A stretch of 55,007 nt of DNA from a virus (Duplodnaviria; Caudoviricetes): positions 1-55,007 of the IMG/VR virus record IMGVR_UViG_3300027971_000062. One strand, 5' to 3'. The notes beneath the pieces are model-generated. The model had not been told where the DNA came from. It saw nothing but the letters and a program-made list of their open reading frames with translations, and searched no databases. Of this stretch, positions 25,121 through 33,736 are shown piece after piece (position 1 is the stretch's first letter; the number at the start of each line of letters is the position of its first letter). The position numbers were made by a program, and so were the translations under genes.

Positions 25121-26265
25121 GAGTTCTCCAGCACGTTCAGGACTTGTTGTTCGACCGCGGCGTAGCTGAATCGCGACGCGGGGTCGTAGTCGAGGGTGAT
25201 TGAGCGCGTGCGCGCCTCGTAGGCAGCTCGCATCGCATCGGCCAGCGAGGACAGGTTAGGCTCGAGCCACAGCGAGCGCGCGGACAGACCCTGGGCGCCG
25301 AGCGTGCGAACGGTGACCTCGCCGGCCTCGGAGTGGGCCATGGTGACATCGACCTGGGCGGGCGACTCCCAGCCGTCGATCAGGTCAGCGGTTGTGTCGA
25401 TCAGGAACTCGTCGCTTCCCAGCCCGTACTGGGTGATGACGTGCCGACCGGCGAGCAACGCATCGAACGCGGGCAGGTTCCACGCCTCGCCCCGGGCGGC
25501 TGACACGAAGCAGTCGCCCTCGAGGTGCAGGCGGGCGACCTCCTCGTCTGTCAGCGTGACGTTGCTCAACCGGATCGCGGGCAGCTCGGACTGCTCGAGC
25601 CCGCATGCTGCGAGCGCGGCGACGAAGGTGTCCCTCGACACTCCTGGGCTATGGAGCACGAGCTCGACCTGATCTCGAGCGGTGAAGGCGTAGGCGAACG
25701 CGCGGATCAGCCCCTGGGGGTTCTTGCGTGCCGTCCACGCGCCGACCCAATAGAACCTATAGAACCTATTTCCCCTATAACCCTGGTCGTCGCCGCCAGC
25801 CAGGAACCGCTCGTACCCGTGTGGGATGACGAAGGTGCGGCGCTCGGCAGACGACCTGTCCCCGGCGCTCGCGTGCAGACCATTGGACGCAAACGCCAGC
25901 GCGCAGGGGCGACTCGGCGCCCAAAGCTGGTCGAACCGCTCGTACAGGGGGTGAACCACCTCAAGCGGTGCCGTCAGGGCTTCCCAGGTCGTGTAGGCAA
26001 CGAGCTTGGGACCGCGGCCCCGGTGGAGGTTCTCGATCTCCAGAACGCGATGGCAGTCCCGTGGCAGCGTGTGAACGATGACAGCGTCCGGTTCCTGCCC
26101 GTGGTCCTCAAAGTGCTCTGAGAGCTCGCCAGGCTCAATGGCGGGCTGGCCCAAGGGTCGGAGGTGGAGCCGGTGACCGGCGCCGGCCAGGGCACGGGCG
26201 AGGTGGCGGGCGGCTACCCCGTAGCCGGTTCGATGCAGGAAATGCCCGTAGTATCGGAGATTCAC
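25117..26265 (-). CDS. Glycosyltransferase family 4 (GT-B)
   Basis: TGYG, YTTWE, APS, IPHG, RKN, DCFVSAARGEAWNLP. Confidence 0.88.
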   Translation of the reverse strand: MNLRYYGHFLHRTGYGVAARHLARALAGAGHRLHLRPLGQPAIEPGELSEHFEDHGQEPDAVIVHTLPRDCHRVLEIENLHRGRGPKLVAYTTWEALTAPLEVVHPLYERFDQLWAPSRPCALAFASNGLHASAGDRSSAERRTFVIPHGYERFLAGGDDQGYRGNRFYRFYWVGAWTARKNPQGLIRAFAYAFTARDQVELVLHSPGVSRDTFVAALAACGLEQSELPAIRLSNVTLTDEEVARLHLEGDCFVSAARGEAWNLPAFDALLAGRHVITQYGLGSDEFLIDTTADLIDGWESPAQVDVTMAHSEAGEVTVRTLGAQGLSARSLWLEPNLSSLADAMRAAYEARTRSITLDYDPASRFSYAAVEQQVLNVLENS

Positions 26266-26693
26266 GGGGTTAGGCCGATCGACGCCGCGGAGGCGACCGG
26301 CAGGATGCGCCCCGTAGCAAACTCGAGGGCTCTGGACGCGACCATGTCGAGCGCGAACGTCTCCCCGTAGAGGTCGATCGCAGAGGTGATCGCCTCCGCC
26401 GAGGCGACTGGCGTCCAGTGGGCGCTCGCGAGCAGGAGCAGGTTCCGCATGCCAGGCGTGTAGCAGCGGTGCCAGTCCGAGACCTCACCGCACACCGCGT
26501 TGACGCACACGCCGATCATGGGCGTCAGGACGAGCCGACCGTGGCGGCTCCACCCGCTCTGCGGATGCAGGTCCGCGTAGCGCGTCGTCACCAGGAGGAC
26601 CGGCAGGCCCGTTGCCACCAGCAGATCGCAGTACGCCAGCGCAGCCAGGCCGAGGTCTGTATCGTCGGTGCGCGCGAAGTACCGGATGTACAC
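26262..26693 (-). CDS. Protein resembling the N-terminal lobe of the adjacent glycosyltransferase
   Basis: MYIRYFA...TDLGLAALAY parallels MNLRYYG...TGYGVAARH; start inferred. Confidence 0.5.
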   Translation of the reverse strand: MYIRYFARTDDTDLGLAALAYCDLLVATGLPVLLVTTRYADLHPQSGWSRHGRLVLTPMIGVCVNAVCGEVSDWHRCYTPGMRNLLLLASAHWTPVASAEAITSAIDLYGETFALDMVASRALEFATGRILPVASAASIGLTP

Positions 26694-26731
26694 GGCGCGA
26701 ACATGCGACGGCGCGGTCGCCGCGTCAACCG

Positions 26732-27094
26732 CTACGCGAACTGCGCGTTGTACGCGACCAGGACGCTCGACGGGCCGGTCGTCGCCTGCGTCGTCGTGAT
26801 CAGACCCTGCGTCAGGAGCTGCGAGGTCATCCAGCAGACACGATAGACGGTGTCCACCGACTCGATCAGATCCTGGTAGGACACGCTCGTCGCCGGCATC
26901 TGCGCGGCCAGCGCGGCCAGGATCGTCAGCCAATTGCTCACGGGGTGAGAATAGTCGAGCTGCTCAGGGAACTGCTCGATGCACGTCTGCCAGAACGCAG
27001 TCATCGAGGACTTCAGATCGTTGCCCTGCCACTTGCTGTACAGGTTCTGCCAGGCGAGGGCGGCGGCGCTCGGGAGGCTTGCGGCGACAGTCAT
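26732..27094 (-). CDS. Hypothetical helical protein
   Basis: GAGG RBS; 2 nt after the upstream stop. Confidence 0.7.
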   Translation of the reverse strand: MTVAASLPSAAALAWQNLYSKWQGNDLKSSMTAFWQTCIEQFPEQLDYSHPVSNWLTILAALAAQMPATSVSYQDLIESVDTVYRVCWMTSQLLTQGLITTTQATTGPSSVLVAYNAQFA

Positions 27095-27096
27095 AA

Positions 27097-27933
27097 TTAC
27101 CTCGCACAGTCGCTGACGGTGATCTTGGCAGGGCAGGGAGATCCAGGGAGTAAACCTGGCCCAACGCGCTGCGTCTGGATCAGCAAGTAGTCGAACATGC
27201 CGTCATTCTCCGCGGTGATGATCTTGATCGTCTGCGCGTTCGACGCGAGCGGCGTCTTGGCTCGGATCGTCGTCACCTGATGCGTCTGCTGATTCGCGGG
27301 AGTTGCCACGCTGTACGCGAAGTTGACCCCGTAGATCGCCAAGTCGATCGAAGTCGGGTCGGTCAGGTCGGTGCGGTTGGTGACCTCGATGAACGCATAG
27401 CGGCGTCCGTAGTACGGGATCATCAGATTGCCCTGCGCGTTAGGCTGCACGGGCGCCTCGAGCGTCTGGAACAGGTAGGTCCGATCGCTGCGACCCGTCG
27501 AGAGGGACGGCACAGGCGTGAAATATTGGAGCACGTCGAGCTGCGGCGGGATAATCTGCAGGGTGTCGAAGGTTAGTGGACTGTCGTTCCAGAGCGGCGG
27601 CTTGAACGACGGATCGTAGAGTACCTCGGGCCAGATCAGGATCCGCCCAGGCCGCGCCCCGGGCATGTACTGCACCTCGTTCCGCGCCGCAACCACGCCC
27701 ACCAGCGACCGCGATGGGCCGATGATTGCGCGGTTCACGAACGTCGGCCCCCGCTGATCGTCGAAGTAGGCGATGTTCACGCGATCCACGTCGGAGTCAG
27801 GGCCGATCGCAAACGCCTGCGCGCCCTGCGCGGACTCGTAGATATCTCCCGGGCTCGACAGCGGCGTGTTGAGGCGGAAGAACGTGTAGCCGTTGAGGGC
27901 GTACTGGTCGCTATTCGGCTGCGGATAGGCCAT
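27097..27933 (-). CDS. Beta-rich putative structural (vertex/minor capsid) protein
   Basis: 278 aa, P/T/N/Y-rich; in an operon of membrane-anchored proteins; role inferred. Confidence 0.6.
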   Translation of the reverse strand: MAYPQPNSDQYALNGYTFFRLNTPLSSPGDIYESAQGAQAFAIGPDSDVDRVNIAYFDDQRGPTFVNRAIIGPSRSLVGVVAARNEVQYMPGARPGRILIWPEVLYDPSFKPPLWNDSPLTFDTLQIIPPQLDVLQYFTPVPSLSTGRSDRTYLFQTLEAPVQPNAQGNLMIPYYGRRYAFIEVTNRTDLTDPTSIDLAIYGVNFAYSVATPANQQTHQVTTIRAKTPLASNAQTIKIITAENDGMFDYLLIQTQRVGPGLLPGSPCPAKITVSDCAR

Positions 27934-27948
27934 GCGAGCTCCGGTGTA

Positions 27949-28224
27949 TCACATCCGCCCGACGCGCGAGCGGATGGCGGGGAAGGCGATGAAGCCGAGC
28001 TTGACCGCTGCAAAGAGCGCGCTCGCCGCGCCGATCCACAGCGCCGTGCGACGGTTCCTGGCGTCCTCTTCGATGACTGCGAGGATCTTCTTGGTTCGCT
28101 CGTTGACCTCGGTCAGGTCCACCGTCGCGGCAACCTCGGCGGGCGAGGCCGGCGCGGCTTCGCCCAGGCTCCCGGCAAACGGGGCCTGCGCGAACACGCC
28201 GTTGCGAACGAGCAGTCTGCTCAC
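27949..28224 (-). CDS. Small protein with C-terminal TM
   Basis: GAGGAG RBS, GTG start; GSLGE motif; TM ALWIGAASALFAAV. Confidence 0.7.
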   Translation of the reverse strand: MSRLLVRNGVFAQAPFAGSLGEAAPASPAEVAATVDLTEVNERTKKILAVIEEDARNRRTALWIGAASALFAAVKLGFIAFPAIRSRVGRM

Positions 28225-28562
28225 TTGCTCCTCAGAAGAAACCACAGCAAAACGGCGGCACCGATGGCGACCGGAATGGTCGGGAACGTCGATGCGCTCT
28301 GACTTGGCTGCTTCGACAGCAAGCTCGCGACCACCGATGCGTTGCGGCTGTTCCTCGCCGCCGACAGCTTGTCGAGCCATGCTTTCTGCTCGCCTGGTCC
28401 GCTGAACACCACCACGCGACCACCACTGGGAACCTGCATCGGACCGAGGACCGACTTGTTGTACTCCTCCAGCGTGTTGATCGGTTTGCCGTCCACGTCG
28501 TGAGCGACCCCGGTTGAGGTCGGAATGCCGTCGGCCCCGACGACTGTGTAGTACAAGCTCAT
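28221..28562 (-). CDS. Small protein with C-terminal TM
   Basis: Begins MSLYYTVVGAD; ends IPVAIGAAVLLWFLLRSK. Confidence 0.75.
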   Translation of the reverse strand: MSLYYTVVGADGIPTSTGVAHDVDGKPINTLEEYNKSVLGPMQVPSGGRVVVFSGPGEQKAWLDKLSAARNSRNASVVASLLSKQPSQSASTFPTIPVAIGAAVLLWFLLRSK

Positions 28563-28563
28563 G

Positions 28564-29001
28564 CTATTTCTTTCCGAGGTACCAGATCAGCCCGACAGCG
28601 CCGACGGCTGCAAGGAGAATCTGCGTCGTAGACATGCCCTTGACCACGTCCTTGCCGGATGCAGCCGCCGCCGCCGCCGCGCGCTTGGGTCGCAGCCCGC
28701 CACCAGTCGAGACGACGGCGGGTGGCGTGGCGTAGGGATCAAGCGGCTTGCGCGGGTCGGGGCCGCATCGGCCAGGTCCGAGCAGCACTTCGCCAGGACG
28801 AGCGCACTCCTCGGCAAACTCGATGTCGTCACCAAGCGTCGAGCCGGCCAAGCTCCCCAGCGTGCGCGCCAGGCCCTGCGACTCGAGGCCGGCGAGGGCG
28901 CGCTCGGAGAGCGGCACGTCCACGCGCCTAGGGTCCACCACGGGGGCGCCGCGCATGACGCGCGGCACGCTCTGAACGCCTGCCATGACGTGTCGCATCA
29001 C
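28564..29001 (-). CDS. Small protein with C-terminal TM
   Basis: TLGS and TLGD motifs; ends ILLAAVGAVGLIWYLGKK. Confidence 0.75.
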   Translation of the reverse strand: MMRHVMAGVQSVPRVMRGAPVVDPRRVDVPLSERALAGLESQGLARTLGSLAGSTLGDDIEFAEECARPGEVLLGPGRCGPDPRKPLDPYATPPAVVSTGGGLRPKRAAAAAAASGKDVVKGMSTTQILLAAVGAVGLIWYLGKK

Positions 29002-29624
29002 GAGAACAACCCCAGGTCAGAGTTATCGAGCTGCAAGTCGCTGTTGTCGAGGAGGTCGCTGATCTGCGACTCCTCCGGATCTGGTGTCGGTGGCGGGCTC
29101 GCCTGGGCCGACGGCACCTCGACCTTGCCCTTGTAGCTGCCGGCGTCGTAGGCGTCGTTGTAGCGATACCACTCGCTGGCAGTCGTCGGCGTAAACCCGA
29201 CGGGCACCGGAGCCTCCGCGGCAATCTGCTGGGTCGCCACGGGACGCGAGGCCGGCGCCGGGAGTGCGGTGGGTAGGGGCTCGCCAATCAGCTTGCTCAG
29301 ACCCGGCAGGTAGAGCTGGAGCAGCGACTGCGCCGCCGCAAGGCCGGTCCCGATCACGATCGGATGGTGATACTTGGCGAGAGCCTTGACGCGGTGAGCT
29401 CCGAGCCATGCAGCCGCGAACGTGCCGACCGCCGCGATGGCGCCCGCATGCTTGACCATGCTCGGGTAGCGACGAGCGATCTGAGAGGTGACCATCCGCG
29501 TTGCGACACGCGACGCCACGAACGCCGCGAAGCCAGGCAGCATGTACTCGACCACGTCCGTCGCCAGCGGCGGGTTGCGCTTGGGCTCGCCATGACGAGC
29601 GCGGAAACGTGCCAACTTGCTCAC
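28998..29624 (-). CDS. Membrane protein, partial paralog of ORF 250
   Basis: KRNP after a basic leader; WLGAHRVKALAKYHHPIVIGTGL aligns by eye with HFGAPKVPMLRKYQTSIMVGLGV. Confidence 0.75.
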   Translation of the reverse strand: MSKLARFRARHGEPKRNPPLATDVVEYMLPGFAAFVASRVATRMVTSQIARRYPSMVKHAGAIAAVGTFAAAWLGAHRVKALAKYHHPIVIGTGLAAAQSLLQLYLPGLSKLIGEPLPTALPAPASRPVATQQIAAEAPVPVGFTPTTASEWYRYNDAYDAGSYKGKVEVPSAQASPPPTPDPEESQISDLLDNSDLQLDNSDLGLFS

Positions 29625-29673
29625 GGGCTTGACAGTACCCCCCGGGGGCGGCGGGGGTCAACCGACCCGTGGC

Positions 29674-30573
29674 TTACGGCAACTTCTCGTCAGCGACCGG
29701 CGCCGTCTCGCACAGCCCCCAGCGCATGCAGCCGCCTCGAGGTGGCGGCGGGAACAGAGGGGTCTGCCTCCCTCCGCGGTCGGTTCTGGCCCACGCGACG
29801 ACCGCGTCAATGCCCGTGAACCCCCTGCCGATCGTCTGAAAGAAGGTCGCGTCAGTGTTCTCGTAGGGCTTCTCTCGCGTGAGATTTTTCTCGGCTCTCA
29901 GGGCGCTGATCTCTCGTTCGGCCTCGCGCAGCAGCTCAACCCTGTCGGGCCTGACTTCGGCCATGCGACGGATGCCCTCCTTGTTCTCGAAAATGCACGG
30001 GAAGCAACCAACGCGGTCGAAGCCCAGGTGATAGAGCGGATTCATCGGCATGCCGTGCCGCTTGTGGATTTCGATGACGTCGGCAACCGACCAGCGAATC
30101 AGGGGGCGCCACAGGTATCCTCCCCATGAACGAGCTCCAGCCGGCTCGTCCTCCCACTCCAGCGCATTTGCTCTCGACGCGCTCTCGTCGGCTCGCACGC
30201 CCATGGCGCTGATCGTCTCGATGCCCGTCTGCTCGATGAGGCGATCATGGTACGCACGAAGAGGGACGAGCTTGAGCTCGCGCGTACACCAGCGTGTCAC
30301 GCGACCAGGAAACCCAGCGCGATGTCGAGCGCGCCCCAGCATTCCTCCCTCGGCGCCAACCACGTCGATCGTGATGCCTAGCTTGACGCGAAGCAGGTCG
30401 AGGTAGGCGTAGGTTTCGGGCGCTTCCCACTGGGTGTCCGCGAACACGTAGCGCGCCGGAATGTCGGCCTCGCGCAGAGCCAGGATCAGTGCGGTCGAGT
30501 CCTTGCCGCCGCTGACCGAGGCCACGACGGTTAGACCAACTCCCTCCTCGGGGATCTTCAGCATGTCACGCAT
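29674..30573 (-). CDS. PAPS-reductase family protein (PP-loop, DndC-related family)
   Basis: SVSGGKDS, FADT.WE, RWCTRELK, GVRADES..R, RVGCFPC. Confidence 0.88.
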   Translation of the reverse strand: MRDMLKIPEEGVGLTVVASVSGGKDSTALILALREADIPARYVFADTQWEAPETYAYLDLLRVKLGITIDVVGAEGGMLGRARHRAGFPGRVTRWCTRELKLVPLRAYHDRLIEQTGIETISAMGVRADESASRANALEWEDEPAGARSWGGYLWRPLIRWSVADVIEIHKRHGMPMNPLYHLGFDRVGCFPCIFENKEGIRRMAEVRPDRVELLREAEREISALRAEKNLTREKPYENTDATFFQTIGRGFTGIDAVVAWARTDRGGRQTPLFPPPPRGGCMRWGLCETAPVADEKLP

Positions 30574-30598
30574 TGTGTTCCCCTTGTACTACGAGCCC

Positions 30599-31048
30599 CT
30601 AATCGAGCTCAAGGTTCCGAAACCGCTGAACCGTCGCGTCTTCGACCTCGACCGTCGAACCCTCCTGGGGGCGCAGGGCGGCAAGGTCGCTGCGAAGTGA
30701 GGCTATCTGCCGTCGCGCCTCTCGGAGCTCCTCGTCGCGCGCAGCCAGGCGCTCGTGGTCCTGGTCGCTGCGAGCCTGAGTCGCTGCGAGCCGCCCCTCG
30801 AGCATGATCGCCTGCGCTCGCGCGGACGCCGCGTCGTTGCGGAGCCTGTTCGCCTCGACCTCGACGCGCGCGGCGGCGCGGCGTGTGTCAGCCATTTGGG
30901 CCTCAAGCTCGCGGATCCTCGCCTCGGTGATCCGCAGCTTGCTCCGGTACGCCTGGCCGAGGCATGCCGCGTGGAACACCTCGGTGCCCTCGAGCAAGAA
31001 CCGCTGCGATCGGAGGAGCGGTTGGAGGCAGGCTGCACAAGACGCCAT
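30599..31048 (-). CDS. Zinc finger plus coiled-coil protein
   Basis: CAAC...FHAAC followed by long heptads; TAGGCT 6 nt upstream. Confidence 0.7.
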   Translation of the reverse strand: MASCAACLQPLLRSQRFLLEGTEVFHAACLGQAYRSKLRITEARIRELEAQMADTRRAAARVEVEANRLRNDAASARAQAIMLEGRLAATQARSDQDHERLAARDEELREARRQIASLRSDLAALRPQEGSTVEVEDATVQRFRNLELD

Positions 31049-31063
31049 GCCTCCAGCCTACCG

Positions 31064-31975
31064 CTACGGCGTCAGATCGACGCGAACGTAGACGCGCGCG
31101 ATGCTGTCCGTCGGATCCACGGCGTTGTTCGGCGGGTTCGCCTGGGTCGGGTATGCCGTCACCTGGAACGAAGTCGCGCCGGTCGCCTCGCAGAAGACGT
31201 TCACCGGAGGCTTGATCTGCGCATCGTCGATGATCGGAACCGTGCTGACGGTGAAGATCACCTTGCCGATGTCGAACGACGCGATCGGCGTGGTGAACGT
31301 GAACTCGCGCACCCCGGTGTCCACAACCGTGAACTCCTGGATGTTCTTCTGCCCATCGATCGAACCCGCCCCATCATTCGCCTGCCAATTGAAGTTCAGC
31401 AGCGCGAACGCCGCCTCGCCCACCGCGCCGCCGCCAGCACCAGCGTCGTTCGCGCCGGCCATCCACACGTCCATGCCGCCGACGACACGCGCGAACTGCG
31501 CGACGACCGAGCGCGTGACCGCGCCGCCGTTCTGGAACGAGAAGATCTGCGCCCAGGAGATGCCGTCCTCGCTGACCTCGACGTTGCCGGCAAACCCCGA
31601 CGGTGTGACCACCGTCTTGAGTAGCGGCAGCGCCGAGATGTCCACCGACGACCCATCCGCCGGCAGCAGCGCAAATAGCGAACCTGCGTCCGAGCTCCCC
31701 GCGTCGACGTTCGGCGCCCCGCTCTTGTACTCGGAGGTCACAGCGCGCATCCAGTGCGCCGCCACGTCGATCGTGAGATTGCCCGCCTGCAGGAACGTCG
31801 CGAGCGGAGCCCACGGCCCCGCGCCGACATCGTCGGTCGAGTACTCGACGTTCACCGTCGCGGCGAATCCACCACCGCACACGATCGACTTGGTCCTGCC
31901 AAACGTCGACACGTCGACAGGGGAGCCGGCACCATTCGCGGCCGGGGCGGGGATGTTCACGAAGAGGTTTGCCAT
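31064..31975 (-). CDS. Spike/receptor-binding protein 4
   Basis: Shared N-terminal domain (MANLFVNIPAP...SWAQIFSFQNGG); short fibre-tip-like C-terminal domain. Confidence 0.75.
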   Translation of the reverse strand: MANLFVNIPAPAANGAGSPVDVSTFGRTKSIVCGGGFAATVNVEYSTDDVGAGPWAPLATFLQAGNLTIDVAAHWMRAVTSEYKSGAPNVDAGSSDAGSLFALLPADGSSVDISALPLLKTVVTPSGFAGNVEVSEDGISWAQIFSFQNGGAVTRSVVAQFARVVGGMDVWMAGANDAGAGGGAVGEAAFALLNFNWQANDGAGSIDGQKNIQEFTVVDTGVREFTFTTPIASFDIGKVIFTVSTVPIIDDAQIKPPVNVFCEATGATSFQVTAYPTQANPPNNAVDPTDSIARVYVRVDLTP

Positions 31976-31984
31976 GGGCGGAAC

Positions 31985-32515
31985 CTACCAGACGGCTAAT
32001 TGCCGTGTCGACCGCTCCCTCTCGCGTCGAATCCAGGCTGCTCGCCGCAGCTCGGGAACTGAGCAGAGATCGACCGCGCCGCCGGCCCGCTCGCGCACGA
32101 TCGGCCCGAGCTTGCACTTCGCGATCATCGCGTAGCCGCCCGCGTACCCAACGAGCGCAAGGTGCCGGTCGCGCGTCGCGCGCACCCACCCGCGCAGGTG
32201 CTGCGCACCCTCCAGGTAGCCGTCGAGCAGGCTCGGTGCGGCGCACCGCTCGCGCATGATCGGCTGCATCACGCCGCACGCGCGCCGCCCGCGCACGAGC
32301 GGGCCCACCGCCGCCGGCTGGTACCGGCTCTCGCGCCAGGCGATGGCGAGCAGCAGGTCGGGGTCCACGCGATGAACTACGCCTGCCACGCGCGCGGCGG
32401 CGAGGTGCGCGTGCGCGGTGGGCGCGTCGAGGTACGCCGGGGATGTGCGGCGCAGGGCGTCCGCGTCGCTCGAGGACGTTAGCCAGATCGCCAGGGTCAA
32501 GATCAGGTGGTTCAT
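31985..32515 (-). CDS. Lytic transglycosylase (SLT-like) with N-terminal signal-like segment
   Basis: PDLLLAIAWRES, GVMQ, GYAGG. Confidence 0.8.
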   Translation of the reverse strand: MNHLILTLAIWLTSSSDADALRRTSPAYLDAPTAHAHLAAARVAGVVHRVDPDLLLAIAWRESRYQPAAVGPLVRGRRACGVMQPIMRERCAAPSLLDGYLEGAQHLRGWVRATRDRHLALVGYAGGYAMIAKCKLGPIVRERAGGAVDLCSVPELRRAAWIRRERERSTRQLAVW

Positions 32516-32637
32516 CGCTTCCTCCGCACGAGTGGGGTCAGGTCGATCACGCGCGGGACTGTAGGCGCACTCGGACGCGAGGCCAATCCGATCAGCCCGA
32601 ACGCAACCGCGCCCGCGGCGACGAGCGTGATCACCAT
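32512..32637 (-). CDS. Small single-TM protein
   Basis: MVITLVAAGAVAFGLIGLAS...RRKR; overlaps both neighbours. Confidence 0.45.
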   Translation of the reverse strand: MVITLVAAGAVAFGLIGLASRPSAPTVPRVIDLTPLVRRKR

Positions 32638-33200
32638 CGCTTGCCTCGCGCGGGCTCCTTGCCGCCCCCGTGCTCGGACTTCTCGCGCGTCGCGGTACAC
32701 CAGCGCGTGAGCCCGTCGAGGTCAGGGTGGCCTGACTCGCGTAGCTGCAGGATGATCGTCCGCTCGCGCTCGGGGTCCGGATCGCCCTTGACGGCCAGCC
32801 CCTTGATCTCGCGGATCAACTCGGCCATCCGCTCCACGCGCTCGCGGTTGCGCGCTCCCTCGCAGCGTCCGCAGCTCCGACGGTTGAGCAGCATCGGCTG
32901 GCGGCAGTGCGGGCACGTCGAGGTCGCGGCGCTTGGCGTCCGCTCGATCTGCTCGAGGATGACAGCCAGGACGCTGGGGACGCCAACCTCGTCGATCACT
33001 TCGCGCACCTTGCCGGCGATGCGTTCGGCCTGTCGCTGACGCGCGGACCCGATGGGCACGACCGGCGCCAGGCGCAACGGCTCGGGCTCGGGCTCGGGCC
33101 TCGCGACCGCGCTCGAATTCAGATCGTCGTCGTCGGGTGGCGGCGGCGGAACCCAGGTGTCCGATTCGTCCTCGTCGGGATCCTGATACCAGTAGCTCAC
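32631..33200 (-). CDS. Hypothetical protein with acidic/Pro-rich N-terminus and a zinc finger
   Basis: GGAGGG RBS, GTGA overlap; CPHC...CGRC. Confidence 0.65.
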   Translation of the reverse strand: MSYWYQDPDEDESDTWVPPPPPDDDDLNSSAVARPEPEPEPLRLAPVVPIGSARQRQAERIAGKVREVIDEVGVPSVLAVILEQIERTPSAATSTCPHCRQPMLLNRRSCGRCEGARNRERVERMAELIREIKGLAVKGDPDPERERTIILQLRESGHPDLDGLTRWCTATREKSEHGGGKEPARGKRW

Positions 33201-33736
33201 GGTGTTGCCCTCCTGAGAGATTCGCCCTTGACCGCGATCCACGCGGCGCAGTCGTGCAGCCGGTCCCACACGCGCGCTCCGTAGCGCGCCTGGAACTCGG
33301 CGGATTTGAGGTTCGTCGTGATCAGCAGCGGACGCGCGTCCGCGTAGTAGGTGTCCACGAGCTCGTCGAGGTCCACGAGGAACGATTCCTTCTTGTCCGC
33401 GTACTCGGTGCCCAGGTCGTCGATGCACAGGCCCGCGCTGCCGTAGTACCGAGCGCGCGATTCCTGGTCATACCGGCTCGAGGCCGCGAACGTCGTCGCG
33501 CGCGTGAACACGATCCTGGTCGGTCGGAGCAGGCACCAGCGGGCCACCGCGACGGTCTTACCCACACCGACGGGACCGCTCAGGACGACGACGTTCTTGT
33601 CGTCGCTGTTCCAGGTGTCGAGGGACTGCACCGCGGGCTTGCTCGCGTCCGCGCGATACGCAGCCTCGACCGACCGCTCGGGCCAGCCTCGCTGGAGCAT
33701 GTACCCCCGCTTGAGGCGGAAGTCCTCGGGCGTCAT
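33197..33736 (-). CDS. DnaC/IstB-like AAA+ helicase loader
   Basis: Walker A GPVGVGKT; Walker B LCIDDLGTE; LITTN; YGARVWDRL. Confidence 0.88.
   Translation of the reverse strand: MTPEDFRLKRGYMLQRGWPERSVEAAYRADASKPAVQSLDTWNSDDKNVVVLSGPVGVGKTVAVARWCLLRPTRIVFTRATTFAASSRYDQESRARYYGSAGLCIDDLGTEYADKKESFLVDLDELVDTYYADARPLLITTNLKSAEFQARYGARVWDRLHDCAAWIAVKGESLRRATP

Noticed and set aside
33197-33736. P-loop ATPase as the genome-packaging ATPase
   Set aside because: The IDDLGTE, ITTN and DRL motifs and coupling to the initiator fit a DnaC/IstB-type loader, not FtsK/HerA
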